Part shown: one piece after another, positions 8,267-17,707 of the stretch
How the letters are laid out: each line of letters opens with the position of its first letter
How positions within the stretch are numbered: position 1 is the stretch's first letter
Assembly: GCA_965219085.1 (NCBI GenBank)
Contig: OZ244720.1
Span: forward strand, 960,001 to 1,024,000
Reading direction: 5' to 3'
Source of the DNA: Dehalococcoidia bacterium
Lineage (GTDB): Bacteria > Chloroflexota > Dehalococcoidia > UBA2979
DNA: 64,000 nt
Notes under the pieces: generated by a model
Databases searched by the model: none
What the model saw: only the letters and a program-made list of their open reading frames with translations
Told to the model about the DNA's origin: nothing
Position numbers and translations under genes: made by a program

Positions 8267-9250
8267 ATGCCCGAGGTCATCCAAGCCGGCGCGCCTGCCG
8301 CCTCCCGGCAGCACCATGTCGCGCTCTCGATGCTCGCGGGCTGGATGGGCGAGCGCTTCTTCCGCACGTTCCGCCCACGCCTCGACGAACCGACCGCCTT
8401 CGACGCCCTCATCGGACGCCGCGAGGCGCGCATCGGCGTGACCCTGGCGCTGTTATGGGGCGACGATCCAGCGCCGCACGCGCCCCAGCTGGAGTCGCAG
8501 CTCAACGCGGACCTCGAGGGCGACCCCGGCGCGTACGCGCTGTGGGTGCCGCCGGGCGGGGAGCTGCCCGACGGCGAGCCGGGCCTCTCCTCGCTGCGGC
8601 TCGCGGCCGGGCGCGGCTTTGGCGGGCTCGAACCCGCGCAGCGCCGCGAAATGCGGCTGCCCGTCACGCTCGCCCTCGCGAAGGTGGACGCCGAGGGCGC
8701 CTACGTCTCCGTCACCGGCCCCCTCGCCGCCGAGTGGACCACGCTGTCCGAGGGCATCGACGGCGCGTACCACCTCGACGCCCGCGCGCTGCGCCGCATG
8801 CCCGAGGAGCGTGCCGAGCTCGACATCGTCCTGACGCGCATCCGCGACCTCGCCGCCGTGCTCAACGTGGAGGAGGTCGCCCCGGCCGAGGTGCACGACT
8901 ACTGGCTCGTTTCCCGCCTCCCGCTCGACGAGCCACGCGGCGCGACGGTGTTCGGCGCGTCGCCGGCGTTCGACCCCCTCGACGGCGCCGTGGTGCGCCG
9001 CGAGCTGCGCAGGCAGCTGCGTCGCGCCGACGAGCAGCGCGAAGCGGCGCAGGCCGCCGGCGAGGAGGTCGAGATGACGGCCGTGCTGATCGGCGCGCCG
9101 CTCGCGCACATCGCCGAGGAGATCGTGACGGCGGCGCTGCGCGGGATGAGCCCGACGGCGTACGGCGGCTCGGACCTCATCGCGCTCGTCGCGGACGGGT
9201 CGGTGCGCCAGGTCTTGCAGCCGCGCTCACTGCCCTGGGAGGCGCGCTAA
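8267..9250 (+). CDS. Hypothetical protein (327 aa)
   Basis: Long ORF with natural composition; no recognisable family. Confidence 0.75.
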   Translation: MPEVIQAGAPAASRQHHVALSMLAGWMGERFFRTFRPRLDEPTAFDALIGRREARIGVTLALLWGDDPAPHAPQLESQLNADLEGDPGAYALWVPPGGELPDGEPGLSSLRLAAGRGFGGLEPAQRREMRLPVTLALAKVDAEGAYVSVTGPLAAEWTTLSEGIDGAYHLDARALRRMPEERAELDIVLTRIRDLAAVLNVEEVAPAEVHDYWLVSRLPLDEPRGATVFGASPAFDPLDGAVVRRELRRQLRRADEQREAAQAAGEEVEMTAVLIGAPLAHIAEEIVTAALRGMSPTAYGGSDLIALVADGSVRQVLQPRSLPWEAR

Positions 9251-9762
9251 CCCCCGCCCAGCGCCTCCGCGACCGCGCCGACGAGGTCACCCCCGGCGTC
9301 GGCGGCGACCACCACAACACCTCGAGGGCCCCACTCGGCGCCGAGCGCCTCGGCGCCTGCGAGTAGCGCGGCGTCGCCATCCGCGGACATCGGCAGCACC
9401 ACCACGCCCGCGCCGCGCGCGGCCATGCGCTCGGTCGCAGCCGCAACGAGTACGTCCGGCGAGTCGGCGGGCGGCAGCGGTGCGATCACGGCGTCGAGGG
9501 GCACGAGCTCGGCCTCGAGGCCGTCGAGCGCCGCGGCGACGGCCGACGCGTCGGTGAGGTCGAGGGTGAGCGCGCGGCCCTCGCGACCGAACGTCCAGCA
9601 CTCGTTGAGGATCGAGTTGGCCGTGACCTCGTCGGCGAGTTCGGCGTGGCGCGTCGTCACGCTCACGGCGGCGCCGGCCTCCGCGAGCGCGACGGCGAGC
9701 GCGCGCCCGTCCGGCTCGCCCACGCCCGCAACGAGGACGTGACGCCCGTCGAGGGCGTTCAC
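9247..9762 (-). CDS. Shortened, degenerate SDR/Rossmann-fold protein
   Basis: LDGRHVLVAGVGEPDGRALA...LDLTDAS...EWGPRGVVV; no YxxxK motif. Confidence 0.7.
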   Translation of the reverse strand: MNALDGRHVLVAGVGEPDGRALAVALAEAGAAVSVTTRHAELADEVTANSILNECWTFGREGRALTLDLTDASAVAAALDGLEAELVPLDAVIAPLPPADSPDVLVAAATERMAARGAGVVVLPMSADGDAALLAGAEALGAEWGPRGVVVVAADAGGDLVGAVAEALGGG

Positions 9763-10514
9763 GGCGCGTCGGCCGCGGAGAACACGCGACCCGTTACCTC
9801 CTCGGCCGCGCTCGATGCGAGACGCACCGCGAGACGCGCGAGGGCGTCCGCCTCGGCCTCGTCGGCGTCGGCGATGGCGTTGGCGAGGTTGCCGGCCGTT
9901 GGGTCGAAGGCCACGGCGCCGCGCAGCAGCGTGGTGATCGCCACGTCCGGTTCGTCGTGCTCGGTCGTGAGCGTGCGCGCCAGGCCGAGCGTGGCGGCGC
10001 AGGCGAGGGCGTACACGCCCGCGCCGGCCGCGGGCCGGTGGCCGAGCGCGTGGGTCACGATCAACAGGTTGCCCCGTCCACCCCGTCGGAACTCGCCGAA
10101 CGCCGCGCGCGCCACGTAGGCGTGGGCGTAGCAGTTCATCGTCATCGCCTGCGCGAGCTGCATCTCGGAGGTGTCGGCGAGCGCCTGCGGCATCGGGTCG
10201 TCAGCCGCGCTGACGACGATGTCGAGGCCGCCGAGCTCCTTCGCCACCTGCCGGGTGGTGACGCGGGCGTTCTGGCCGAGCGTGACGTCCATCGCGTAGG
10301 TCATCGCCGTGCGGCCGAGCTCGCGCAGCTCGCGCTGGAGCCGCCGGGCAACCAGGACGCCCTCGTCGGGCCGCATCACGGCGAGCGCCACGTCCGCGCC
10401 AGCCGCGCCGAGCGCCGAGGCGATCGCGGTGCCGGTGGTCGTCTCGACGCCGACGACGAGCGCCTTGCGGCCGGCGAGCGGCGCGTCGGTGGGCTGCGTG
10501 TCGGCGTTCGTCAT
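9759..10514 (-). CDS. Degenerate SDR-family protein
   Basis: LAGRKALVVGVETTTGTAIA, ELGGLDIVVSAA, YALAC in place of YxxxK. Confidence 0.8.
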   Translation of the reverse strand: MTNADTQPTDAPLAGRKALVVGVETTTGTAIASALGAAGADVALAVMRPDEGVLVARRLQRELRELGRTAMTYAMDVTLGQNARVTTRQVAKELGGLDIVVSAADDPMPQALADTSEMQLAQAMTMNCYAHAYVARAAFGEFRRGGRGNLLIVTHALGHRPAAGAGVYALACAATLGLARTLTTEHDEPDVAITTLLRGAVAFDPTAGNLANAIADADEAEADALARLAVRLASSAAEEVTGRVFSAADAP

Positions 10515-10550
10515 CGTCGCTCCCGTCCGTTGTCCATCGTAGCGGCCGGG

Positions 10551-11378
10551 CTACAGCGCACCCGTGGCCACGCCGGCGAGCACAGCCGCGCCGAGGGCGA
10601 AGCGGTACCACACGAACACGGTGAGGCCGTGGCGGCGGAGGAAGCCGAGCAGCCCGCGGATCACGAGCATGCCTGCCGCCGCTGCCACCGCCGCGCCCAA
10701 CGCCATCGGACCCCAGTCGAAGTCGCCCGCGTGCCGGGTCGCGTCCGCGAGCAGCACCACGAACGAACCGAGCACGATCGGCGCCGAGAGGAGGAACGAG
10801 AAGCGCGCCGCGTCGTAGCGGCTCAGCCCCAGCGCCCGCCCCGCCGTGATCGTCGCTCCCGACCGCGACGTGCCCGGCACCAGCGCCAGCGCCTGTGCCG
10901 CGCCGATCCACAGCGCCCCCCGAGCGTCCACATCGTCGAACGGTCGATCGCTGCGGGCGCGTGTATCGACGACCCACATGAGCGCGCCGAAGCCGATGAG
11001 CATGATCGCGACCAAGAGCGGCTGCCGGAGGCCGTCCTCCATCGTGGCCTGCAGGACGGCTCCCGCAGCGGCCGCTGGAACCGAGGCGAGCGCGAGCAGC
11101 AGACCGAGCCGCCCTTGCCCGCGCCAGCGCCGCAGCGCCAGCCCGTGCATGCGCAGGTCGCGCAGTGCAGCCGCGCCGATCAGCCACCAGTCGCGGCGGA
11201 AGTAGACGAGCACGGCCACCGTCGTGCCGCCGTGCAGTGCCACGTCGTACGTGACGTCGTTCGCCTCGTCGCCCAGTAGCTCGGCCGCGAGCACGAGGTG
11301 ACCGGACGATGAGATCGGCAGGAACTCCGTCAGCGCCTGGATGACGCCGAACAACACGGCCCGCAGGTAGTCCTCCAC
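10551..11378 (-). CDS. uppP: Undecaprenyl-diphosphate phosphatase
   Basis: QALTEFLPISSSGH and PGTSRSGATI signature motifs. Confidence 0.93.
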   Translation of the reverse strand: MEDYLRAVLFGVIQALTEFLPISSSGHLVLAAELLGDEANDVTYDVALHGGTTVAVLVYFRRDWWLIGAAALRDLRMHGLALRRWRGQGRLGLLLALASVPAAAAGAVLQATMEDGLRQPLLVAIMLIGFGALMWVVDTRARSDRPFDDVDARGALWIGAAQALALVPGTSRSGATITAGRALGLSRYDAARFSFLLSAPIVLGSFVVLLADATRHAGDFDWGPMALGAAVAAAAGMLVIRGLLGFLRRHGLTVFVWYRFALGAAVLAGVATGAL

Positions 11379-11415
11379 CGGCGGCCTCGAGGCCCGGCGC
11401 CGCGCAGGCCGCGCG

Positions 11416-12261
11416 CTACAGGGCTTCCCAGCGGTACCCGCCCTCGACCTCGCGCACCTTGCCGAGGCTGAGGATCGGGAAGTGGCCGCCGCTCACGATC
11501 GCGTCGCGCTCCACGGCGAGCCGCGCCAGCTTCGCGCGCGACCGGCTCGTCTCCGCCTTGTCGAAGTCGACCCCCGGCACCCAGTCGTGGCGTTCGAGGT
11601 GGACCGGGTGGTGCGCCGCATCGCCGAGCAGTACGAGGTGCTCACCCTGCGAGGCGACCATCACGCTGACGTGGCCGGGCGTGTGCCCCGGCGTGGGGAT
11701 CAGCGTCACGTGGTCGCTCACTTCGTGCTCGCCCTCGGTCGTCTCGACGCGGCCGGCGGCGACGACGGGGTTGATGCGGTAGCGCGCCGCCTCGGCCAGC
11801 GGGTTGTCGTCGGCGGCGGGGCTGGTCCAGTACTCCAGCTCCGCGCGTGCGACGTAGAAGGTGGCGTTCGGGAAGGTCAGCGCGTCGTTGCGGGTTTCGT
11901 CGACGTTCCAGCCGGTGTGGTCCATGTGCAGGTGGGTGTGGATCACGATGTCGATGTCGTCGGGCGAGACGCCGAGCTCGGCGAGACGCTGCGGCAGCTC
12001 GCCGCCGCCGGGGACGCCCATCTCTCGCCCGGGCGGGCCGTAGCCCGTGTCGACCATCGTGTGGTGGCCGTCGCCGCGGATGAGGAACGTGCCGAAGTTG
12101 AACGGCACGGGATCGCTGGGCGCGGTGATGCCGATCGCCCGCGTCCACTCGTCGGGGTCGACCTCGTGGAAGAAGCCGTCCAGCTCGCGGTCGGGGGCGC
12201 CGTCGCTCAGCGCCGCGATGTCGAGACCGCCGATGGTGAAGCTCTCGCTCAGTCGTGACAT
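11416..12261 (-). CDS. Metallo-beta-lactamase-fold hydrolase (AHL-lactonase-like subfamily)
   Basis: THLHMDH, TPGHTPGH, LGDAAH, GGHF. Confidence 0.88.
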   Translation of the reverse strand: MSRLSESFTIGGLDIAALSDGAPDRELDGFFHEVDPDEWTRAIGITAPSDPVPFNFGTFLIRGDGHHTMVDTGYGPPGREMGVPGGGELPQRLAELGVSPDDIDIVIHTHLHMDHTGWNVDETRNDALTFPNATFYVARAELEYWTSPAADDNPLAEAARYRINPVVAAGRVETTEGEHEVSDHVTLIPTPGHTPGHVSVMVASQGEHLVLLGDAAHHPVHLERHDWVPGVDFDKAETSRSRAKLARLAVERDAIVSGGHFPILSLGKVREVEGGYRWEAL

Positions 12262-12400
12262 GGGACTCCCTCGCCTGTCGTGACCCGTCTCGCGGGGCAG
12301 CATACCCGCCGCGAGGGCTCCATCGGGCAGGCCCGGCCGGTTGCCGCCTCGATCCGGCGAGCCTTACCATCAGAACGGCGCCGGCCTTGCCGGAGAACGG

Positions 12401-13348
12401 ATGACGTACGTGGCGACACCGATGGCGTTCCTGCGCGGCGAGTTCGTGCCGCTGGCCGAAGCCCGGATCAGCGTGATGACCCACGCCTTCAACTACGGCA
12501 CCGCCGTATTCGAGGGTGTCCGCGGCAACTGGAACGGCGACGAGCGCCAGCTCTACCTCTTCCGCCTGCGCGAGCACGTCGAGCGCCTGCGCCTCAGCGC
12601 CAAGATCATGCGCATGGCGCTGCACTACAGCGACGACGACGTTGTCTCGCTCATCGAGCAACTCGCCGAGCGCTCCGGCTACCAGGAAGACGTCTACATC
12701 CGGCCCATCGTCTACAAGGCCTCCGAGGTCCTCGGGGTGCGGCTCCACGACCTCGAGGATGACCTGGTGCTCTACATCGCCCCGTTCGGCGCCTACCTCG
12801 ACCCCGACGCCGGCGCGCGCTGCGTCACCTCATCCTGGCGGCGCGTCGACGACACCTCGATCCCGGCGCGCGCCAAGGTCACGGGGCTGTACGTCAACAA
12901 CGCCATGGCGAAGACCGAAGCCCAGTTGTCCGGGTTCGACGAGGCGATCCTGCTCAACCACGACGGCCACGTCTCCGAGGGCTCGGGCGAGAACATCGTG
13001 ATCATCCGTAACGGCAGGCTCATCACCCCGCCCCCGCACGACAACATCCTCGAAGGCATCACGCTCGACACCGTGCTGCAGATGGCGACCGAAGACCTCG
13101 GCCTCGACGTCGAGGCGCGCACCATCGACCGCAGCGAGCTCTACATCGCGAGCGAGGTCTTCATGACCGGCACCGCCGCGCACGTGACGCCGGTCACCGA
13201 GGTCGACCGCGTGCCGATCGGCGACGGGCAGCCCGGCCCGATCACCAAGCAGTTGCAGGCGCGCTACTTCAACGCCATCACCGGACGCATGCCGCAGTAC
13301 ACCGACTGGCTCACGCCCGTGTATTCGAGCGCGCCGGTACGGGCATGA
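12401..13348 (+). CDS. ilvE: Branched-chain amino-acid aminotransferase
   Basis: HAFNYGTAVFEG, AKVTGLY, EGSGEN, LEGIT, FMTGTAA; TACCAT -10 and GGAG SD upstream. Confidence 0.93.
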   Translation: MTYVATPMAFLRGEFVPLAEARISVMTHAFNYGTAVFEGVRGNWNGDERQLYLFRLREHVERLRLSAKIMRMALHYSDDDVVSLIEQLAERSGYQEDVYIRPIVYKASEVLGVRLHDLEDDLVLYIAPFGAYLDPDAGARCVTSSWRRVDDTSIPARAKVTGLYVNNAMAKTEAQLSGFDEAILLNHDGHVSEGSGENIVIIRNGRLITPPPHDNILEGITLDTVLQMATEDLGLDVEARTIDRSELYIASEVFMTGTAAHVTPVTEVDRVPIGDGQPGPITKQLQARYFNAITGRMPQYTDWLTPVYSSAPVRA

Positions 13349-13395
13349 CCCTCGCGGCCATGCGCGCCGCTGTCTCGGCGCATCTCGCATAAGTC

Positions 13396-14292
13396 ATGCG
13401 GTACCAGCCCTCACGCGCGCTCGGGTTGCTCGTCGGGAGCGTGCTGGCGCTCTGGGCGGCGAGCATCGCGACCCTGCTGCTCAACTTCGGTGTGCAGTCC
13501 GGGATCGGCATCATCGGGTTCCTCGCGTACATCGGTGCGGCGGCCGCCGGCGTGCTCGCCGCGCTCTTCACGTACTGGAGCTACGCGCTGGCCACGCTCG
13601 CGTACGACCTCGACCGCAACGCACTCGTCGTGACGTGGGGCCTCACGCAGCAGGTGATCCCGCTCGACGCGATCGAGCGGCTCGTCCCGGGCACCGAGGT
13701 GAGCGAGACGCCCGTGCGGGGCGTCACGTGGTGGGGTTGCTACGTCGGCCGCGGCGAGAGCGAGGCCTTCGGGCCCGTGCTGTTCTACTCGACCGCGCAG
13801 TTCCCGGAGCAGGTGCTGTATGTCGTCACCACGGATCGCACCTACGCGCTGACGGTCGAGGACCCGGCCGACTTCGCGCGGCAGGTCGTGATCCGGCAAG
13901 AGCTCGGGCCCACCGCCAGTGTGACCCACCAGGTGCGGCATGCCGAGTTCGGCCTGCTCAGCATCATCGGCGACCGCATGGCGGTCGTGCTTGCCGTGCT
14001 CGCGGTGGCCGCCGGGACCGCCGTCTGGCTGCAGGTCGCCCTGCGCTACAGTTCGCTGCCGGAGACGTTTCACGCCTTCTTCCCGCCGGGACGTGAACCC
14101 CCCATCGGGGAGCTTGGCGGGCCCGCGAGCATCCTCGAGGCGCCACAGGCGGCCACCGCGGTGCTCGTGACCGGCCTCATCGCGGGCCTGGTGTTGCACC
14201 GCTGGGAGCGCGTCGCGGCACGGCTCGTGCTCGGCGTGTCCGTCGCGCTCCAGGCGCTGTTCATCGCCGCGACGGCGATCGCCATCGGCTGA
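13396..14292 (+). CDS. Membrane protein with a bacterial PH-like domain
   Basis: Two N-terminal TMs, beta-rich middle (LVVTWG..IPLDAI..YALTVEDP), C-terminal TMs. Confidence 0.65.
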   Translation: MRYQPSRALGLLVGSVLALWAASIATLLLNFGVQSGIGIIGFLAYIGAAAAGVLAALFTYWSYALATLAYDLDRNALVVTWGLTQQVIPLDAIERLVPGTEVSETPVRGVTWWGCYVGRGESEAFGPVLFYSTAQFPEQVLYVVTTDRTYALTVEDPADFARQVVIRQELGPTASVTHQVRHAEFGLLSIIGDRMAVVLAVLAVAAGTAVWLQVALRYSSLPETFHAFFPPGREPPIGELGGPASILEAPQAATAVLVTGLIAGLVLHRWERVAARLVLGVSVALQALFIAATAIAIG

Positions 14293-14331
14293 GCCCGGCC
14301 GCCGCGGCCTGACCGCAAGCGCGCCCGCCCC

Positions 14332-14374
14332 TACCATCGGGGCGAGGAGCGTACCATCGGGGCGAGGAGCGTAC
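14332..14374 (+). repeat. 20-bp tandem duplication containing a -10 box and SD
   Basis: TACCATCGGGGCGAGGAGCG x2 plus TAC, ending 2 nt before GTG 14377. Confidence 0.9.
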
Positions 14375-14376
14375 GC

Positions 14377-15591
14377 GTGGACACCGAGGTCGTGATCGTC
14401 GGAGCGGGGCCGGCGGGCAGCACCGCCGCGCGCGAGCTTGCCTCGCGCGGTGTCGACGTGCTCCTGCTCGAGCGCGCGAAGTTCCCCCGCGACAAGCCGT
14501 GCGGCGGCGCCGTCACCATTCACTGCGACGCGCTGCTCCCGTTCTCCCTGGACCCCGTGATTGAGGACGTCATCACGGGCGCCGTCATTCAGCTCCGCGA
14601 CGGCAAGGCCGTGACGCGTGACGCGGACGCACCGATCACCTACATGACCCAGCGCCGCCACCTCGACCGCTTCCTCGCCGAGCAGGCGCAGGCCGCGGGC
14701 GCCGAGCTCCAGGACGGCCGCCGCGTCGAACACATCGAGCAGACCCCCGACGGCTTCGACGTGCGCGTCGCCAACGGTCCGCCCAACGGCAGCCGCAACG
14801 GCGGCGACGTGATCCACGCCCGCGCCGTGCTCGGCGCCGACGGCGCCAACGGCGTCGTGCGCACCTTCCTCGGCTACGAGCACTTCGAGGAGAGCGGCGT
14901 GGCGCTCGAGGCCAACGTGCCGTTCCCCGACGGCGTCCCGCAGTGGCTGCGCGGCCGCATCGTGCTGCGGCTCGCCGCGATGCAGGGCGGCTACGGCTGG
15001 ATCTTCCCCAAGGGCGACCACGTCAACATCGGCGTCGGCGGCTGGAAGGCCGCCGCGGGCGCCGACCTGCGCCCGCAGCTCGAGTCGCTGTGCCGCGGCT
15101 ACGACATCGACCCGGCCAGCCTCGAGGGCATCCGCGGCCACCACCTGCCGATGCTGCGCCACGGCGCGGACCTCGCGGCGCGCGGATCGGCGCTGCTCGG
15201 CGACGCGGCCGGGCTCGTCGATCCGCTGTCCGGCGAGGGCATCTACGGCGCGATCGCCTCGGGCGTCGCCATCGCCCCGGTGGCCGAGGACTACGTGCGC
15301 GGCCGCGTCGACACGCTGGCCGGCTACCAGCGCGTGCTGGAGCGCGAGCTGCTGCCGGAGCTGGCTGTCTCGCACGGGCTGATGGAGGTCTTCCACCTCT
15401 GGCCGGGGCCGTTCGTGCGCTGGCTGCAGCACTCGGACCGCGTGTGGACGCACTGCATCCACCTCGCGCGTGGCGAAGAGACCTACCTCGACGTGTTGGC
15501 GGCGAGCGGCCCCGCCCGCCACATCGTGCATCCCCTCGGCCGCCTCGCCGGCGCGATCACGTCGCGGCGGTTGGGGCGGCCGCGGGCGTAG
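14377..15591 (+). CDS. Geranylgeranyl reductase / FixC-family FAD oxidoreductase
   Basis: VIVGAGPAG, FPRDKPCGG, GYGWIFPKG, GDAAGLVDPLSGEGI. Confidence 0.88.
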   Translation: MDTEVVIVGAGPAGSTAARELASRGVDVLLLERAKFPRDKPCGGAVTIHCDALLPFSLDPVIEDVITGAVIQLRDGKAVTRDADAPITYMTQRRHLDRFLAEQAQAAGAELQDGRRVEHIEQTPDGFDVRVANGPPNGSRNGGDVIHARAVLGADGANGVVRTFLGYEHFEESGVALEANVPFPDGVPQWLRGRIVLRLAAMQGGYGWIFPKGDHVNIGVGGWKAAAGADLRPQLESLCRGYDIDPASLEGIRGHHLPMLRHGADLAARGSALLGDAAGLVDPLSGEGIYGAIASGVAIAPVAEDYVRGRVDTLAGYQRVLERELLPELAVSHGLMEVFHLWPGPFVRWLQHSDRVWTHCIHLARGEETYLDVLAASGPARHIVHPLGRLAGAITSRRLGRPRA

Positions 15592-15644
15592 GCGAAGGCG
15601 CAGCGACGAATCTCAGGTGCGGTCGGAGCCCAACCGCCTCCAGA

Positions 15645-17353
15645 TCATTGCTCAGTCACGCTGGCGCTGAAATCGGAGCAACCCGACGCGTTGCAGGCCC
15701 GCACGACGTACGAGTTGTAGTACAGCACGTTCGGCCATTCATCGAGGTAGTACGTGCTCGTGACGGTCGCCTCATAGTCGAATTGCGTACCCGCCGCATG
15801 GTGGTGCACTTCGTACCAGGTCGCGCCTGGGACGGCATTCCAGTCCACCCTGATGTCGTCGGGCGCGAACGGAATGTCGATCTTAGTGAGTCGCAAACCG
15901 ATAGGCGCAGTCGGGATGGTGGGCGTGGGCACCGAGTTGGCGAGGCAGAACTCGTACGGCTCGGACCAATGCGTCGAAGTGCCCTGCTCAGCGATCTCGA
16001 GCTCATAGCAGCCTGAGCCGAGCGTGAGGAGCGCGTCCCACAGGTCCGCCTCGACGAAGTCTGCTCCCTGATCAATGCGGTACACGACATCGGCAAAGTC
16101 GACCACGTCTTCAGCCCAAACGTTCCACTGGCCATGCCTCGCGTCCAGACTCATGGAGCGGCTATGGCACTCGTCCACGTCGAGGTCCTCGGACGACTCA
16201 TACGTGCAGAAGGCGCTGATGGTCAGGGCACTCACGTCAGGCGTCGGCGCTGCGGGCGAACTGCCCGATGCGCCTGTACGAACCGACGGGAGCAGCGCCC
16301 GCACGCTGTCGGCGGCAAGCGCGTAGGCGACACCCTCGATGGCCTCGCCGACGAGCTTCGACTGAATCACTCCGATCACATCGCCGCAGAGATCTAGGAG
16401 TGGGCCACCACTATTCCCGGGGTTCGCAGGCGCATCGGTGCGGATGTACGTCTGCCCGTTCGTCGTGTATCGCTCGGAAACGATGCCCTGAGTCATTCCG
16501 GCAACGAGGGACTGCTGACCAGAGCCGTAGCCGAGCACCAGAGCCTCCGCGCCCGTGCTAGGAAGTTGCCCCCACGTCAGTGCTCCTGTGGTCGCCGCTG
16601 TAGCGGACAGCACCGCAAGATCTACATCGGCGCGCACGCCGACAACCCGCGCGGTCATGTCCAGGGTGGCGTTGGTCAGCCGCACGCTTGTTTCGCCCGT
16701 TACCACGTGCTCCGCGGTGACCCACTCCGAGCCACCGATGTAGAACGCCGTCCCGATGCTTCGGCCGGTACTCACAACCGCGACGCTGCTCGTCACCTCG
16801 GCCGCTGTCGCCTCTGCCGAACACGCCCCGGCAGGCGTCGGCGTGGGCGTGGGTGTGGCCGACGACGCGCTGACCGTCAGAGCTGAGCTCGCCAGCCACC
16901 GCCCAACCCTCGCGTTCGCCGGGAAGAAGCGCGCCGACGGCAGGCGCAGCTCAGCCCATGACCCGTCCGCGTCGCGCTCTTGCAGCGCGAACTCCATGCG
17001 ACCGTCCGCCAGCAGCTGCGCCGCGACACGTACCTCGACGCCTGCTTCCGCCGTCGCCGTGAGCATGCTGTCCGGCTCGGCCTCGACCGTGAGCGGTGAG
17101 CTCGACAGCCAGCGGCCGACGTCGGCGTCGCCGGGAAGAAGCGCGCTTGCGGCAGCCTGCGCTCAGCCCACGACCCGTCGGACTCGCGCTCCTGCAGGGC
17201 GAACTCCGTGCGGCCATCGGCGAGGCGCTGCGCGGCCACGCGCACCTCGACCTCGCCATCGACGCCCTGGGCCGCGGCCCCGCGCACGCCGAGCAGCGCG
17301 AGCACGAGGAGTGCCGCCATGACCGGCACGGCTCCGCGCCGAACGTCCGTCAT
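15645..17353 (-). pseudogene. Exported trypsin-like serine protease with two N-terminal repeat modules and a C-terminal FN3-like domain; single frameshift near 17130
   Basis: ORFs 16877-17353 and 15645-17066 join if one base is restored at TTCTTCCCGGC^GACGCCGAC. Triad intact (TAEH, DLAVL, GNSGGP). C-terminal WNAVPGATWYEV...YVVRACNASGCS. Confidence 0.75.
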
Positions 17354-17444
17354 GCGTCGATCCTGTCCGTAGTGTTTTACATACGTGAAGCTCGCGGAGC
17401 ATAAGAGGGCGGCCAGACCCGCTCAAGCCGCCGCTCTCCGCGTG

Positions 17445-17474
17445 TTGACGCTCGCGGGAAGGGGCGCGGATACT
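17445..17474 (+). promoter_or_regulatory. Promoter of the ilvBNC-leu operon
   Basis: TTGACG-18 bp-GATACT, 7 nt before the leader ATG. Confidence 0.55.
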
Positions 17475-17481
17475 GTCCGCC

Positions 17482-17586
17482 ATGATGAGGGCGAAACTCC
17501 CCAGCGCCTCTACGCCCACCGGGCGCCTCGCACGCCTCGCGTCCGTGCGCCTGCTCGTGCTCGTTCTCGTTCTCGTACTGCGCTAG
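17482..17586 (+). CDS. ilvB operon leader peptide (34 aa, Leu/Val-rich)
   Basis: MMRAKLPSASTPTGRLARLASVRLLVLVLVLVLR*; ten consecutive Leu/Val codons, then one Arg and the stop. Confidence 0.85.
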   Translation: MMRAKLPSASTPTGRLARLASVRLLVLVLVLVLR

Positions 17587-17643
17587 GCGGCGCTGCCACA
17601 CACGCAGCGCCGCCACAAGCCCGCGTGCCGGGCTCGTTTCGTT
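17586..17643 (+). terminator. Attenuator hairpins / intrinsic terminator of the ilvB leader
   Basis: GGCGGCGCTGC-cacacac-GCAGCGCCGCC followed by AGCCCG-cgtgc-CGGGCT-CGTTTCGTT. Confidence 0.65.
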
Positions 17644-17707
17644 GCGCAAGCACCCTCCCGATCAATCGATGACCATCCAGCGGATACGGAACAGGCAGGA
17701 CCCTCCC

